Positions 1 through 12,075 of a stretch of DNA of 33,212 nt are shown here, in pieces. This stretch comes from Bigelowiella natans CCMP2755 (Eukaryota; Protista; Cercozoa). The notes beneath the pieces are model-generated. The model was given only the letters and a program-made list of their open reading frames with translations, made no database searches and was not told the DNA's origin. The stretch covers positions 1 through 33,212 of the forward strand of contig ADNK01003478.1 in NCBI GenBank assembly GCA_000320545.1, written 5' to 3'. The translations under genes were made by a program, and so were the position numbers. The first letter of the stretch is position 1. The number at the start of each line of letters is the position of its first letter.

Positions 1-215
1 TTAATCGTAGTATTGCGTCAATCTCCGAATTTGCTCACAAAACTCGCTAACACTCGGAAAATAGTTGATACTGTTTTTGTGTTCTCATGTTCTATTGAAT
101 GTCATGAATAAGACAAATATGGCGGCATTACACGTCCTCGATCGAGAGCGAGTGTGCGGTGCGGTGTGGTGTGGTGTGTGCGCCGAGAAACCGCCTTATT
201 CCTAGCTGCCCTCAC

Positions 216-304
216 CTTGATGTCTTTCGGGTAGTTATACAGAATCACGGGCGCATTGAATATCTTATCCGTAAGGAACTTCTCGTGCTCGGAAGCGAGG
301 TCTA

Positions 305-347
<43 letters not shown>

Positions 348-1017
348 ACCGCAGACGCATACGGTAGTAAGAGTCGCAAGTGTGGTAATAACCATACATT
401 CTAGTTTTGTTCTCTTCACGCCATCTAAATGTGTAATATGCCTATTTTTCCTATGTCTAATAGAGTCGCTAGAACAACACAAAAAGGCCTTCGCTCTCAC
501 CACGCTCTTATGCTGGAGGAGGGCCTTATTTCGTGCATTGTTTTTTTCAGCGCTATATGTATGATCAACAACTGACTACGGCTTACCCCAAAAGACTGGG
601 AACTCGAATCTATGTTTTCCTGAGTCATATTTGAATAGAACAAGGCGGGGGAGCACTAGCCTCAGCACCGTCATCTGCTGCACTCAAAGGATTTTCGCTC
701 CCCATTCGCATTTTGCAGGCAAACGACACGACTCATTTCATCACGCCGCCGAAACACAACCTTTGGTCTTTTTCTTCAAGTCTTTTGCTTTCATTTTCTT
801 TGCCTCCTCCTCGGTGATGACGATAGCCCGGTATTCCTACCCACCACGGCAACACAGCCCCAAACAATCGATTGAGAGAGATTACCGGTGCGCTGCGACT
901 ACGCTTTCAGCACTACCCTCGTTGCCCCTCTCTCGCAATTATACCGGCGCAATGCGTTTTTAAGATGTATGTATGCGTGCATGGTAGTTCGGTGCTGGAA
1001 CCAAATTGATTCTAAGC

Positions 1018-1086
<69 letters not shown>

Positions 1087-1127
1087 AGTCGCTTGTATGG
1101 TTTCCCTGTAATAACAATGCGTTTCCA

Positions 1128-1177
<50 letters not shown>

Positions 1178-2429
1178 CGGGACATTGAAACAATGGCAGG
1201 CCACAACATCAATCAACGAAAACAACAGCAGTGGCAACCAAGAAGAACTTGCAACGAATCTTTCAGCTTTGAAGGGGCCAGCGCGTCCTTGGCGACTTTC
1301 CCGCGTTTCTTCGCCTGAATGCAGGAACCACGCGCGCACGTGCACATACGAATCAAACACGTAGCACAACACATTCTTCATAATGCATCCATTTGAAAAC
1401 GATGTTTCCCTCCTCAAAAAGGTCCACAAAGCATGAGAAACCATTAGGACGGGCTCCGACGATTCGCATGCCGCGAGACGCAAGTACCGGCGTATTCAGT
1501 GAAGATTGAAAGGAGCAATACTTTGGGATTCAAGCGTCGTTTGTGGTGTGAGATGACTACCTGTGCAAACTCGCGCTGATGGTAGTCGGTAAGAAGCTGC
1601 ACGTCGTTGGCGCACTTGGTCAAAACGCTTTGAACGCAGTATTTGACGTAGTCCTCCGCTAGCGCCATGTCGTCCTGTCCGCGTTCAGAGGGCAATGTGT
1701 GTGTCGGAATACCGTTTACTCATTGATTGTGATTGATTCTTGTGCATTTGTCTGTTAATTTCGATAGTTTTTAATTCCATCTTCATAAAGGCATATCTAT
1801 CATTATCTAATCCAGTTGTGCATCGAATCTTCCTTTCGGGCAACCATCTGACCTCCAGCGTCGCGAAGGCGATTTCTGGCTCAATCATCCAGAACTCTGC
1901 AAGGTGCCTGCCGTTGAGCAGTACGGGGGGGAAGAATGAGGAGAGGGGGGACAATCGAGAGAAGAAATTTTGCTTTATTCTTGTATCTTCCTCCTTTTAT
2001 CTCAGAGGCCGAGTTTAAAATCATTATTAGACATCGTGTTGTGTGTGTTATACGCAGCCTTACCCCCCCCCCCCCACCCCCCACCCCCTTCCCCCCATGC
2101 CCTTCTGTTCATCGTCTAACCTCGTGGTCTTAGACTTTTCCGCACGGAATGTGGGGCCGAAGGTGTACACGTCGGAAAATGCACAGGCGTACGTTTCAAC
2201 GTTCAACTGGCCTGGGATCAAAAACAGAGGATGGTGATGGTGGTGATGATGATGAGTATAATCGTGATGGCGATGAAATAATGATGATGAAGAAGGAATC
2301 ACGTGAAGAAGCATCATCACCAAACGTTTCATAAAACACTCCCCGAGGAAACGATAAAGGTAGCATTTAATTCTCCAAGTTAAGGGCGTGATTATGATAT
2401 AACATGGCGCTTTGCTCTCTCCATCGTTG

Positions 2430-2463
<34 letters not shown>

Positions 2464-3197
2464 CGGAGACGGTGAGACTAACTGGTTTTCCGAAGAAATC
2501 TTTCGAGTAATCAATTTTGTCGGTCTGCGACATGAAAATAACAACGCACACGAGAACACCAAAACACACACGTCCCAAGCCAGTCCTGGTCACCATCTCA
2601 TGCGCGTACCCGCAAACTTGCACATATTCACTCGCAATGTCGCCAATCGTTCTTATTATAGTGCGGTGAGGGGGATCGAAGACAAAATGGGGAAAAGCAA
2701 AAATAATAAACGAAAGAATAAAAAAAAGAAAGAGACATACCTTCTTCTCGGCGTCCATAACGACTGGGATGTCGGAGATCTTGCTCCCTTCTTTGATAAG
2801 ATTGGTTACGGAGAACATCTCACCGGCACCTTCGCAATCCGCCCCCGTAAGAAGCGGCGTGTGGACGTATTTAAAGCCATGGCCTGAAGAGACGGTAGAG
2901 GTGTATACAATACTATTAATTGTCTTTCATGATGTATCAGACATCTCCCCCCTCCCCCCCTCCCACACCTCTCCATGCCCCATCTCTATGCTCTATATAT
3001 ATTTCTATATATTGTATATATTCGTGCATTGAAGTCGGTTTCTGTACGCAGCAGGAAGGGGACGACGTGTGGCTGCTGAATGGTAGTATCGATTAGCGAT
3101 GACCTTGGAAGAACGAGTGAGTCGCCCAAGCGCACTGGTTGCGGATGTTCTGCACAGCACGCATTGTGCGTGTGCGAATACGCCTTGAGACACACAA

Positions 3198-3266
<69 letters not shown>

Positions 3267-4384
3267 ACACAAATTTAGTAAAACTAATAAAGAAAAATAT
3301 TGAATACTGATGTTCAAATATATAATTCCATTTGTATGCGCGCGCGCGCGCGCGTGTGTGTGTATCCTCAAAGACCTACCAATCACCTACCAGTTTTGGT
3401 TTTCTCGCATGTACTCAAGCGTCAGCTTCTTCTTCGGAATGGGGTACGTCGCAGCATCCACGCCGCCTGATTTTTGAAGATATTTTAACAAGTTTCTTCT
3501 CATGTACTGACCGCTGAGAGGACTCCCGCAACCAACACTCGTCAAACACACCTATGAGTACTTGCTATCCCTATGAAAGAAATGTTGATGTTCAGTTGGA
3601 TATTTACCAAGGATAGTAACGCTCTCAGCCTTCAGTTCGATTGCTTGTCCTTTGGCCACAGATTTCACGATCTGTGTAAGACAACAAGGGCAAATCTCTT
3701 TTACTATCCCCTTTCGTTGAGACTAAATGATCAAGTGGATACTATCGAGGTATATACCACAGCCGCTTTTTTTTCAATACAATTCCGTATGATTCAGTGC
3801 TGCATGGCATGCGAATGCTGTGGGCTCAAAACCTTTCCATTTACTTTGCAAGATACGCCTGTCCCCCCCTTCGCAAAAACCCCCTCAACTTTTTGGTTTT
3901 TCTCCTCATCCTCTCCCTTCTGCACTAGAACTTGCAGGTTTCCTGGGCAGGAGCCTATTGATTGTGTGTGGGGGGGTGGGGGGTGGGGGTGGAGATTAGA
4001 CAAAGTTGTTGTGGGGTAATAAACGTCCCGCACATAATCTCTCCCATCCCTCCCCTTCCTCTCCACTTCTAGCTTCGCTGCTGCTTTCACATGAGGATGT
4101 CTCACCGTCGTTGAGCTCGACAAAAGCCATTTTTTCCCCTTGCTTTCTCATTGTCTGCATCCATCTATTTGTTTGTATTACGCGAAAAGAGTTTACTACA
4201 AAGGTTGTAGAGTTGGTGGTGACGCGGAGCGCAACTTGAAACACACGGTGCAAATATGAAATTGACATTCTCTCTCCCCCCCCCCCACCCCTTGACACAA
4301 AAAACAGCATGCTTACCCGCAGACGGTTACATCCTTTCCTTCGTAGGCGAATGCGTCCTCGTTCTCAAGAATGTCTTTGAGAAC
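216..4384 (-). CDS. asnS: Asparagine--tRNA ligase (class IIb AsnRS, bacterial/plant-type), multi-exon; 3' end lies beyond the left edge and the start codon is unresolved
   Basis: Manually spliced exons (GT-AG, phases consistent): 4317-4384, 4106-4164, 3833-3954, 3608-3671, 3391-3466, 3104-3183, 2741-2883, 2464-2524, 2121-2211, 1853-1907, 1561-1674, 1239-1314, ~1080-1105 (disrupted, see findings), possible 10-nt microexon 1002-1011, 761-836, 587-619, 216-307. The peptide carries AsnRS hallmarks: [33 protein letters not shown] (OB fold), [25 protein letters not shown] (motif 1), [62 protein letters not shown] (motif 2), [22 protein letters not shown]. An in-frame TAG precedes 4384, so a short first exon must lie upstream. 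Confidence 0.96.
1019..1083. repeat. (TA)32 microsatellite abutting an AsnRS exon
   Basis: Perfect alternating TA run read directly from the sequence. Confidence 0.95.
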
Positions 4385-5000
4385 CTAATGGCGAATGAAT
4401 ATTTACCAACCATGCTTTAAAATCTTCTGCCGGAATCATAAAATACGGAGGGGGCACACCTGCATGCATGCACGTGCTGTTGCATCGATCACGCACAGCG
4501 GAGCAAACAGATGCAACATCGATCAGCGCTGTGCGTAGCCGCTGCTACGTGTAGTGTTTTGCACAGCTACGCTGCATCAGGATGACCAGTGAAAAGATTT
4601 GATCAATTCATCACATCCGTCTCACATTGCATGCTGCAATTGGGATGATGATGAGATCGACTACATGATCGAATGGCCATTGTCTGTGCCCCACTAAGAC
4701 TGCACATGAGACTGCGTGCCAGCACGCATGGAGCACCGCTACATGTTCCGCACTGTTGTGAATGTATGAAAGTACACCGGAGTGAACGATGACGACGACA
4801 GGATTGCATCACGGTAGTAGTGACGGCGCAATGAGCGATGTGATACGTACGGATGAACCAGGCCGAAACATGCCAGCACATAGCTTTTAGAAGCCTGTGC
4901 TTTGTGGTTAGATGCAGCATGGTCATAATGATCATCGAGTGGGAACTCAATTATACCATACATGGTAACCAGCACCACATATCATCGGTATCTCACATCA

Positions 5001-5538
5001 TCATTGTCGAAGCGCTTTAAGAGCATAATTAAGCATATTCCTCCCCCCTTTTCCAGCCTTAGAGTACGCTTTTGTAATTTCCATCTCCGTCCTGAGAGAG
5101 GTAGGAAAAGAGCTGGATTACGACAAATTTCTCCAACCTTTCACCATATTTTTATCATGCATATTATTCATTCGACTCCCTTCACCATGTTGTGTGTGTG
5201 TGTGTGCGCGCGCGTTGAGCGTAGAGAAACTCATCAAAAGCTACCCACCACTCGAAAAGCTCCTGCATCTGAGGAGTCACCTGGGGGAATACACATGAAT
5301 TTGATGATCAGCGAATAAACACACACACACACACACACAAGTAGAGGGGGGCAAGGGATAAACATGTTACTAGCACCCCCCCCCTCCCTTCTCCCCTTTG
5401 CACATGCGTTCAGCCCACAGCTTCTAGTTACATCAAACCTTGAGGCATCGAATGCACATGGCCAAGCCGAAGAGAGATCGGACATTTCCAGGGCACAGCT
5501 CCAACGCCTGGATGTAGTACGTCCTGATGATGATGATG

Positions 5539-5584
<46 letters not shown>

Positions 5585-5859
5585 ACAAATACAAAAAGCT
5601 AAAAGCATCAGAGGTCGGTCAGAAAGGTCATCGATAAAACCACTGAGGAAAATGGAAAGTCGCTGCTCTTTTCTTATCCTCGACTGGTATGTGTTATATG
5701 CTGCTGCTACGCCTCCAACATTTCTAGTACTACTACTCCTAATGGGAAAATGGCGTTCATCGTCGTACTTCGCAGTTTCGATCGGGTTTCTCACGTTGCC
5801 CTTCCTCTTTTGCTGGCCTATGATCAGCGATAGGGAGCAAACACAAACACAAACACACA

Positions 5860-5899
<40 letters not shown>

Positions 5900-6275
5900 A
5901 CGCCTCTCAGAGACCCGTTACAACGTAGCACTCCCAACCAGATATCCTTGCTTTAGTTATAGGAGGAAGCTTTGATATCAATCACTACTCGCTCCCCCGC
6001 AATTATCTATCATGCTGTAGAACAGCACGGCACCGACCGAGAGAATATAAAGCGTCAGCATAAAGCAGCGGGTAACGATAGTCATGAGGCTCGATGAGAA
6101 TCGCTTCCTCGTAGCAGAACTTGACATATTCGTATCTTTGTGGTAAAAACAAGCGGACAAAACACCAAGAACATGATAATGCGCGTGAATGCACTCTCTA
6201 TCGAGGAGGATGGGGAGAAACGACGAGGAAGATAGGGCACTTTGATGCTGGGGTCAGCTCAATAGAGGATTATGA

Positions 6276-6309
<34 letters not shown>

Positions 6310-6730
6310 GGTGATGATGGGGAAGCTTATGATGATGAGTGCTCCGAATAATAGCGGATTGATGAGTCACTCGAAGTTGCTTACGACTAATACTTGTACT
6401 TCCCCTGCTACTACTAATACTACTACTGCTACTACTACCGCTCCAACGATGTGTACGCCTCCGCCAACTCTAGCCATCCTTCAAGATCTCCAGGGAAAAT
6501 CTAGAGAGAGGGGGGAGGGATAGGATATAAGAGTGTGAGTGTGTGTCGTTATGTTTTTCTTTTCTGAGTTATGTGACGGCAGCCCTTTCTCTTTCACAGC
6601 ATTCACTTAAACCCCCCCCCCCCTCCCCCCCTTCTGATACACACAGCCAGCAGAATACCTTGAGGTACTTATTTAGTGCTTCCACTGTAGCGCTGGTGTC
6701 TCCTTTCGCCTGATGGTGAGACCCAGAAAT

Positions 6731-6769
<39 letters not shown>

Positions 6770-6961
6770 TCATATGTTGATAGTTAGTATTGATTGCGTC
6801 TGCCCAAACGCCACGCCCTTCCGCGTCGCTCCATGAAATCGTCACGAGCAAGCCTTTCGCAGAGTCTACTTCTCTTCTCTCTAATCTCCCCCCACCTTGG
6901 CGATGCATGCCAGTCGGCGATATGCGTGCTTGTTCGCCTGGTCCCGATGAAGAATAGCTGT

Positions 6962-7005
<44 letters not shown>

Positions 7006-8179
7006 ACAAGCAATCGTCAGGGTTTTGGTGGTGATTTAACTCTAGTGGGCGCCTCCCCCTCAATATCATTTTGAAGTCGAAGCGATGTTGTTGTGGAAAG
7101 GCGTTGGTTGTTGATGCATATATTATTACAGTTATAGATCCTGGTGGCGTTTTCGTAGTTGCCTTGAAATTCCTGACAAATTCGGCAAATGACAATAGTA
7201 AAGAACACATTACTTCTTAAGCCCGAAATCATCATCATCAGCAGCAGCAGCAGCAGAAGCAGCATCTTTGACATCGTCAGCATCACACGATTACATATAA
7301 TCTTGCTTTGAGTCTATCCAGCCGGATCGAGCCCTCAGGCTTCTTGAACTTTTTCTCCAGCCTGAAACCAAGAACCCACGAATGAGGAATCTTCATCGGA
7401 GCTTGTACTGCATTCAATCTAGCTCCGAATGATAAATGGATCACATTGAATTGCGTCCCCCACCCCCTCTCACCATTTTACCACACACATAACAGTCTTC
7501 TTCGCTGTCATCGCCACATGTTCAACGGCAGCACGGCCCATACCGAGTTGTGTACATGTCGTACGCAAGCTGGGCATCTCCTATGTCCAAAGACGAGATC
7601 ATCACGTCCTCGATCATGTCCCATTCTGATGTGATATGAACACGTTTGGTCAGGCCCCCTTCTCTGCTCTTCTTTGAATAAAACGCCACACAGTTTATGC
7701 TAAATGCTATTCTCTCATGTTACAGCGTACCGTCATCTCCTAATTGGTGACTGTTGATTAGATCGAGTCCGTATTTCACAACCAAATCCGGTTTTCGCAT
7801 CTAGCCAATTCAGGAAATCAGATAATACGTACAAGCGCAGTGAAATAGTAACATTAGCCTAGCATTCGACACTGGTTATGACTGCCTTCGTCACAGATGG
7901 AACCCATGGAGAAGAATGCGTGGGAATGAGGGGAGTGGACCTTGTGATTTTTTAGAAATTGAATAAGCTCCAGCTTCTCCTTGACCTCGGCATTGGGTGT
8001 CACCTCGAGTTTTTTCAGCTTCTCTACCAAAGAACCTGTTGTATCGTCGAAGGCAGGCAGGCATAAACTCTCTGGCTTTAGATAGAATGTACAAATTTGT
8101 TAATGTTGTTGTTTGGGGGTAAATTCGCAGTGCCTTGGGGGTCATCTGAGAGAGTGAACTCGTCCGTGAGAGAGGCCAT
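5001..8179 (-). CDS. EMC2: ER membrane protein complex subunit 2 (TPR protein, TTC35 homologue), 14 exons, about 310 aa
   Basis: Exons 8134-8179, 7941-8035, 7731-7800, 7544-7625, 7295-7361, 7130-7172, 6896-6957, 6659-6709, 6439-6500, 6038-6135, 5769-5817 (tentative), 5439-5523, 5249-5280, 5001-5091; phases are consistent and the stop is TGA at 5001-5003. The peptide follows EMC2 throughout: LGDDEWDMIEDVMISSLDIGDAQLA, FKKPEGSIRLDRLKA, EFQGNYENATRIYNSILHRDQANKHAYRRLACIAKAKGD..VEALNKYLKIFPGDLEGWLELAEAY, YVKFCYEEAILIEPHDYRYPLLYADALYSLG, TYYIQALELCPGNVRSLFGL. Confidence 0.92.
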
Positions 8180-10156
8180 CGCGCTGGAGCAATGAGGAAG
8201 ACGAGGCTGCTCTGGCCGAAGTTTTATTTTTCTTGATTTTGTTAAGAAAAACAAGACGCAATGTGTAAAATCCAAGCCTTTTTCTAAAATTATCTAGGGC
8301 TGGTTTTGGTAAAAAAAAAAGGGAAATTCTTCGGTATCTGTGCGATTTGTTTTGTACACTTCCAACCGAGTGCGGCGGCCTGGGAAGTCCTTTCCCCCCA
8401 CTTTCTCGGAACCGCCAATTCTGGTTTTGAGAAAGTTCTCGAAATTCCATATTCAGATTGATCACAATTTTTAATACAAGGTAGAAAATGAATATTTCAT
8501 TGTTGAATCAATAAGAAATTGTGAAAATGCAGACAAAATCATTGTATTTCCAAGCAATTATGAACTACAAGCGTCCATCGAATTGCTGTTTTTCGATGGG
8601 GGTACCCAAAAAGTTTATTTTCCATGATTACATGGGATTTGGGAACAAAATACTAGGAAAAAACAAGGATTTTGATAGAAATAGAGAAGCATAGTGCTGC
8701 CCGAGGAAGGGCAAAAAACAGTCAACAAGAATGAAATCCGGTTTTGAACAATAATTATCTAAACGGGATGCATTTAGCCAACATTTACCGTCATTTAGGC
8801 CACATTAGGATGAAAACCCCTCATGCATTCGTGCATTTGGTTTGAGGTACCCACCAGCTGACAATCAGAAACCAAACTACTCAACCATCCAACGGAGTCT
8901 TCACTGACCCATTGGCCTCTCTGTGACGATGGAGTTCGTAGAGTTTGGCTTCTCATTCGTGTAACAGTGAAGTGGTGCTTTTCGAGAGCTATGAGTCAGA
9001 ACATGTGTAGTACCGAGAGTGAAGAATAGAAGCTTTTGCACACCTCACAGGATGTAGGAAAACAATGGAGAATGAAAATTTGAACAACCATGCTACAAGT
9101 TTCGAAGAATAATGTTTGCTACCCTTTCGAACTCAAAAAAAATTGAAGAGAAGAGCTTGGCATGCCACTGCTATGTGTTGTCCCTGGATTTGATGAATTC
9201 ACTCGCTTTGCCCTCTCTCCTGTCCTGGAAAATGTTGAAGACAATTTTTCAAAGAAAAAATATGCCCATCGAAGAGAAAGGAGACTATGAAAAAAAGAAG
9301 ATATGATGTAGAGATGATGCGAGCTTAGAGAAGGATAGCGATGATGCTTTGCTGCGAGACTTTTTGGGAACTGCTTGGGAAGTTGGGATGCTACTAGCTA
9401 TGCACTGGATTACAAATACCCCTGAACCCTGGATATATTATGTTGCCCCTGTGTACTACTATACTAGTTGGCGTCTTCATCCCCCCCGCCCCCCCCCCTC
9501 TCTCTCTCTCCCTCTCTCTCTGTGTGTGTGTGTGTCCCCTCACCTTCCCTCCCTCGTCCCCTTTCTCTGTGTTTTTTAATTTGTCACTTTCACCATTACC
9601 ACTACAATTGCAAATGTGCACTACAACTTCCGTCATACTGCTACGATCACGATGTCTTCAATTTTTGGGCTACTACTACTACCATCATGCTATTTTGTAC
9701 CTACTGGGATCCGTCTGCTGCTACCACTTTAGAGAGATAACTGCGATGATTGCTAGCTACATTATGTATTGAGACACAGGACTTGCTACTATGTTCGTGC
9801 TTGATGACGTCATGCTTACGATTTCGCTAGAGATGTTCCTGTTGAAGGCCATGTTTCATTCCCGCTCGCTGTCTCGTTTTTCTATCCGGTGTCTTTCCGT
9901 TCCTCTATTTGGTGTCTTTCTGTTGGTGTCTCGTTCCGTCTCCACTTTACAGTTTCATCTGTCTTTGGTCTCTGCTGTCTCGGATGTCTATGTTTCCTGT
10001 TTGACTCTTCTGGTCTGCTGTTGTGCGTCTGGACGTTGTAGTATACATCTATTTCGTGTGAGCGGTTCCTCGTACTTTCGGTGTAGATAGAATGTTGGAA
10101 AGATGCAGAATGTTGGAGAGAACTAGATGTGCGAAGCGAGAGTATACTAGAGTTTG

Positions 10157-10453
10157 GTTAGGGATGTAGAGTAAATGGAGTTAGTCTGTGTTGAGTCGTC
10201 TGTCCGAAAATCTGGCACTAGATTTCCCGCTGAATGCATACTTTAGTCACTGTGAAACGAACACAAATGCTGTCAATTACTACTATCACTATGGACCTGT
10301 GCTGCTGTTAGGGATATAGAGTTAAGTCTATGTTGAGTCGTCTGTCCGAAAATTTGGCACTAGATTTCCCGCTGAATACATACTTTAGTCACTGTGAAAC
10401 GAACACAAATACTGTCGATTACTACCATCACTATGGACCTGTGCTGCTGTTAG
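10157..10453 (+). repeat. Two-copy imperfect direct tandem repeat, unit about 142-150 bp
   Basis: GTTAGGGAT(G/A)TAGAG at 10157 and 10307. TTGAGTCGTCTGTCCGAAAAT(C/T)TGGCACTAGATTTCCCGCTGAAT...ATGGACCTGTGCTGCTGTTAG starts at 10191 and 10333, with a few substitutions and one small indel. Confidence 0.92.
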
Positions 10454-11539
10454 ATCACATAATGTTGCTGATGGGATGATGCTAGGCCCTAACACTGTAG
10501 ATTCACTCAATTCTGTGAGATGTCGTCACTACGTTGTCATTACGTTGTTACTATGCTTGGAATGCACTAAAGGGACTACAGAACATTGAAAAGATACTTT
10601 GATTAGTTGTACTGTACGCCTGGAATATGCTGTTAAAAGAATCACCACAATATTTGTCACACAAGAGAGAAATCTAGATAGTCCAGATAGATATGTTGGC
10701 GAATGTAGTCTGTGTGTCGTTATATCGTACTGTACTACAACTCGTTCCTACTAGTGTTCCTTCGTTCCCGTTCTTCTACATTTTGTCCCTGCCATCGCAC
10801 ACCGTGTTTCCTGTGTTACGAATTCGACACATGCTACTACATTTTGTTCCTGTTCCTGCTGCTGGTTGGTGTTGCGGAGTTTTGTTCCTGTCCTCGTCTA
10901 CCCGTCGTTCCTGTACCGTTCTTCTGTGTTTCTCTGTTCCTGCCTATTTTCTTGCTTCCGGAGTGTTGTGGTTCAGTCTCTCGCACGAATGAAGAAACTC
11001 TTTCGGATTTGTGGCTGTGGTATTGTCATGGTTGATGATGCTAGATTCCTGCATATGGCGAATTTCGTTTCTGGAAGTGTGTCAAGTTTTGGCGCCAGTC
11101 ATCGTCTGTTAGGATGCTGCATGTTCAGTCGTTTGGATTCTTTCTGTTCCTTCTGGTTGCTTTACGTTTGTGGGTTTGCGATCGAGTGGAGAGACATTCA
11201 AGCGTACATAGAGCTAGAAGCAAAAATGAAGTGAAATAGAAGCTAGAAGCAGATAGACAGATGATGCTAGAAGCAGAAACAAAGTGAAGTGTGCATAGCG
11301 AGGGGATAGATAGGGGGGGGGAGCTTCGCTGGAAACACTGACTTTTGTCAGTTTGGGGTTCAATTCCCCTTGAAGCTGCTCTTTCACATTGATGATGATG
11401 ATGAACACATTTTAATCACATTTTGACATGACGAAATGAAACAAAAATGTCAACCCTCATGCCGATCCATCCATTATTCCATCTAGCATTGTTCCACGCC
11501 TCGTGATGGCCAATGTAAATCATCACATCTGTCTACCAG

Positions 11540-12075
11540 GGCATTTGGCACACTGCACACAGCGCGTGAGATCGATGTGTTGTTCTGCCTGCTGTCAGCT
11601 GCAGATCGAGCTAGCATCTAGCAGGCAGCCCATCACACAACGTGATTCCAGTTTAAGATGTGTCACAAGTAGCTAGACAAAATGCGCATGGTAGCAGCTT
11701 AGGCATGCATGTTGGAACAATAACGCACTCTTCTAGTCTTGCTAGTTTGCGCATGCACTACAGCTAGACAGGGTGCTAGCGTAGCTAGTTGAGAGCTACG
11801 TGCAACAACGCACCATGCATGCTAGCGCATGCTGATCGATGTCTAGATGTGCATGCTAGCTAGCTAGCGTAGCGTGCTAGCGTGAGTACGACTTGGCACC
11901 ATAGAGACATTGAGCCTATGTAGCACGATCTAGCTGGCTAGCTAGCTGAGCTAGCTAGAGCTAGCTAGCGATGCATTGATCGGCATGAGCACTAGCTAGC
12001 TAGAGCACTAGATCGAGCATGCGAGAAGGATGCTCAATAATAGGAATCGAACAACAACGCTAGAACGTCTTCCTA
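11540..12075. repeat. Degenerate (GCTA/CTAG/GCAT)n palindromic low-complexity tract
   Basis: Dense GCTAGC, AGCT, CTAG, CATG, TGCA and GATC words, e.g. TAGCTGGCTAGCTAGCTGAGCTAGCTAGAGCTAGCTAGC at ~11931; no ORF. Confidence 0.7.

Noticed and set aside
8460-9450. AT-rich stretch upstream of EMC2 that looks like a decayed ORF
   Set aside because: Open runs are only about 50-65 codons, switch frames and contain no recognisable motif, which is not distinguishable from chance.
10157-10495. TTAGGG and CCCTAA words suggesting telomeric repeats or terminal inverted repeats
   Set aside because: Isolated single hexamers with no array and no extended inverted match.
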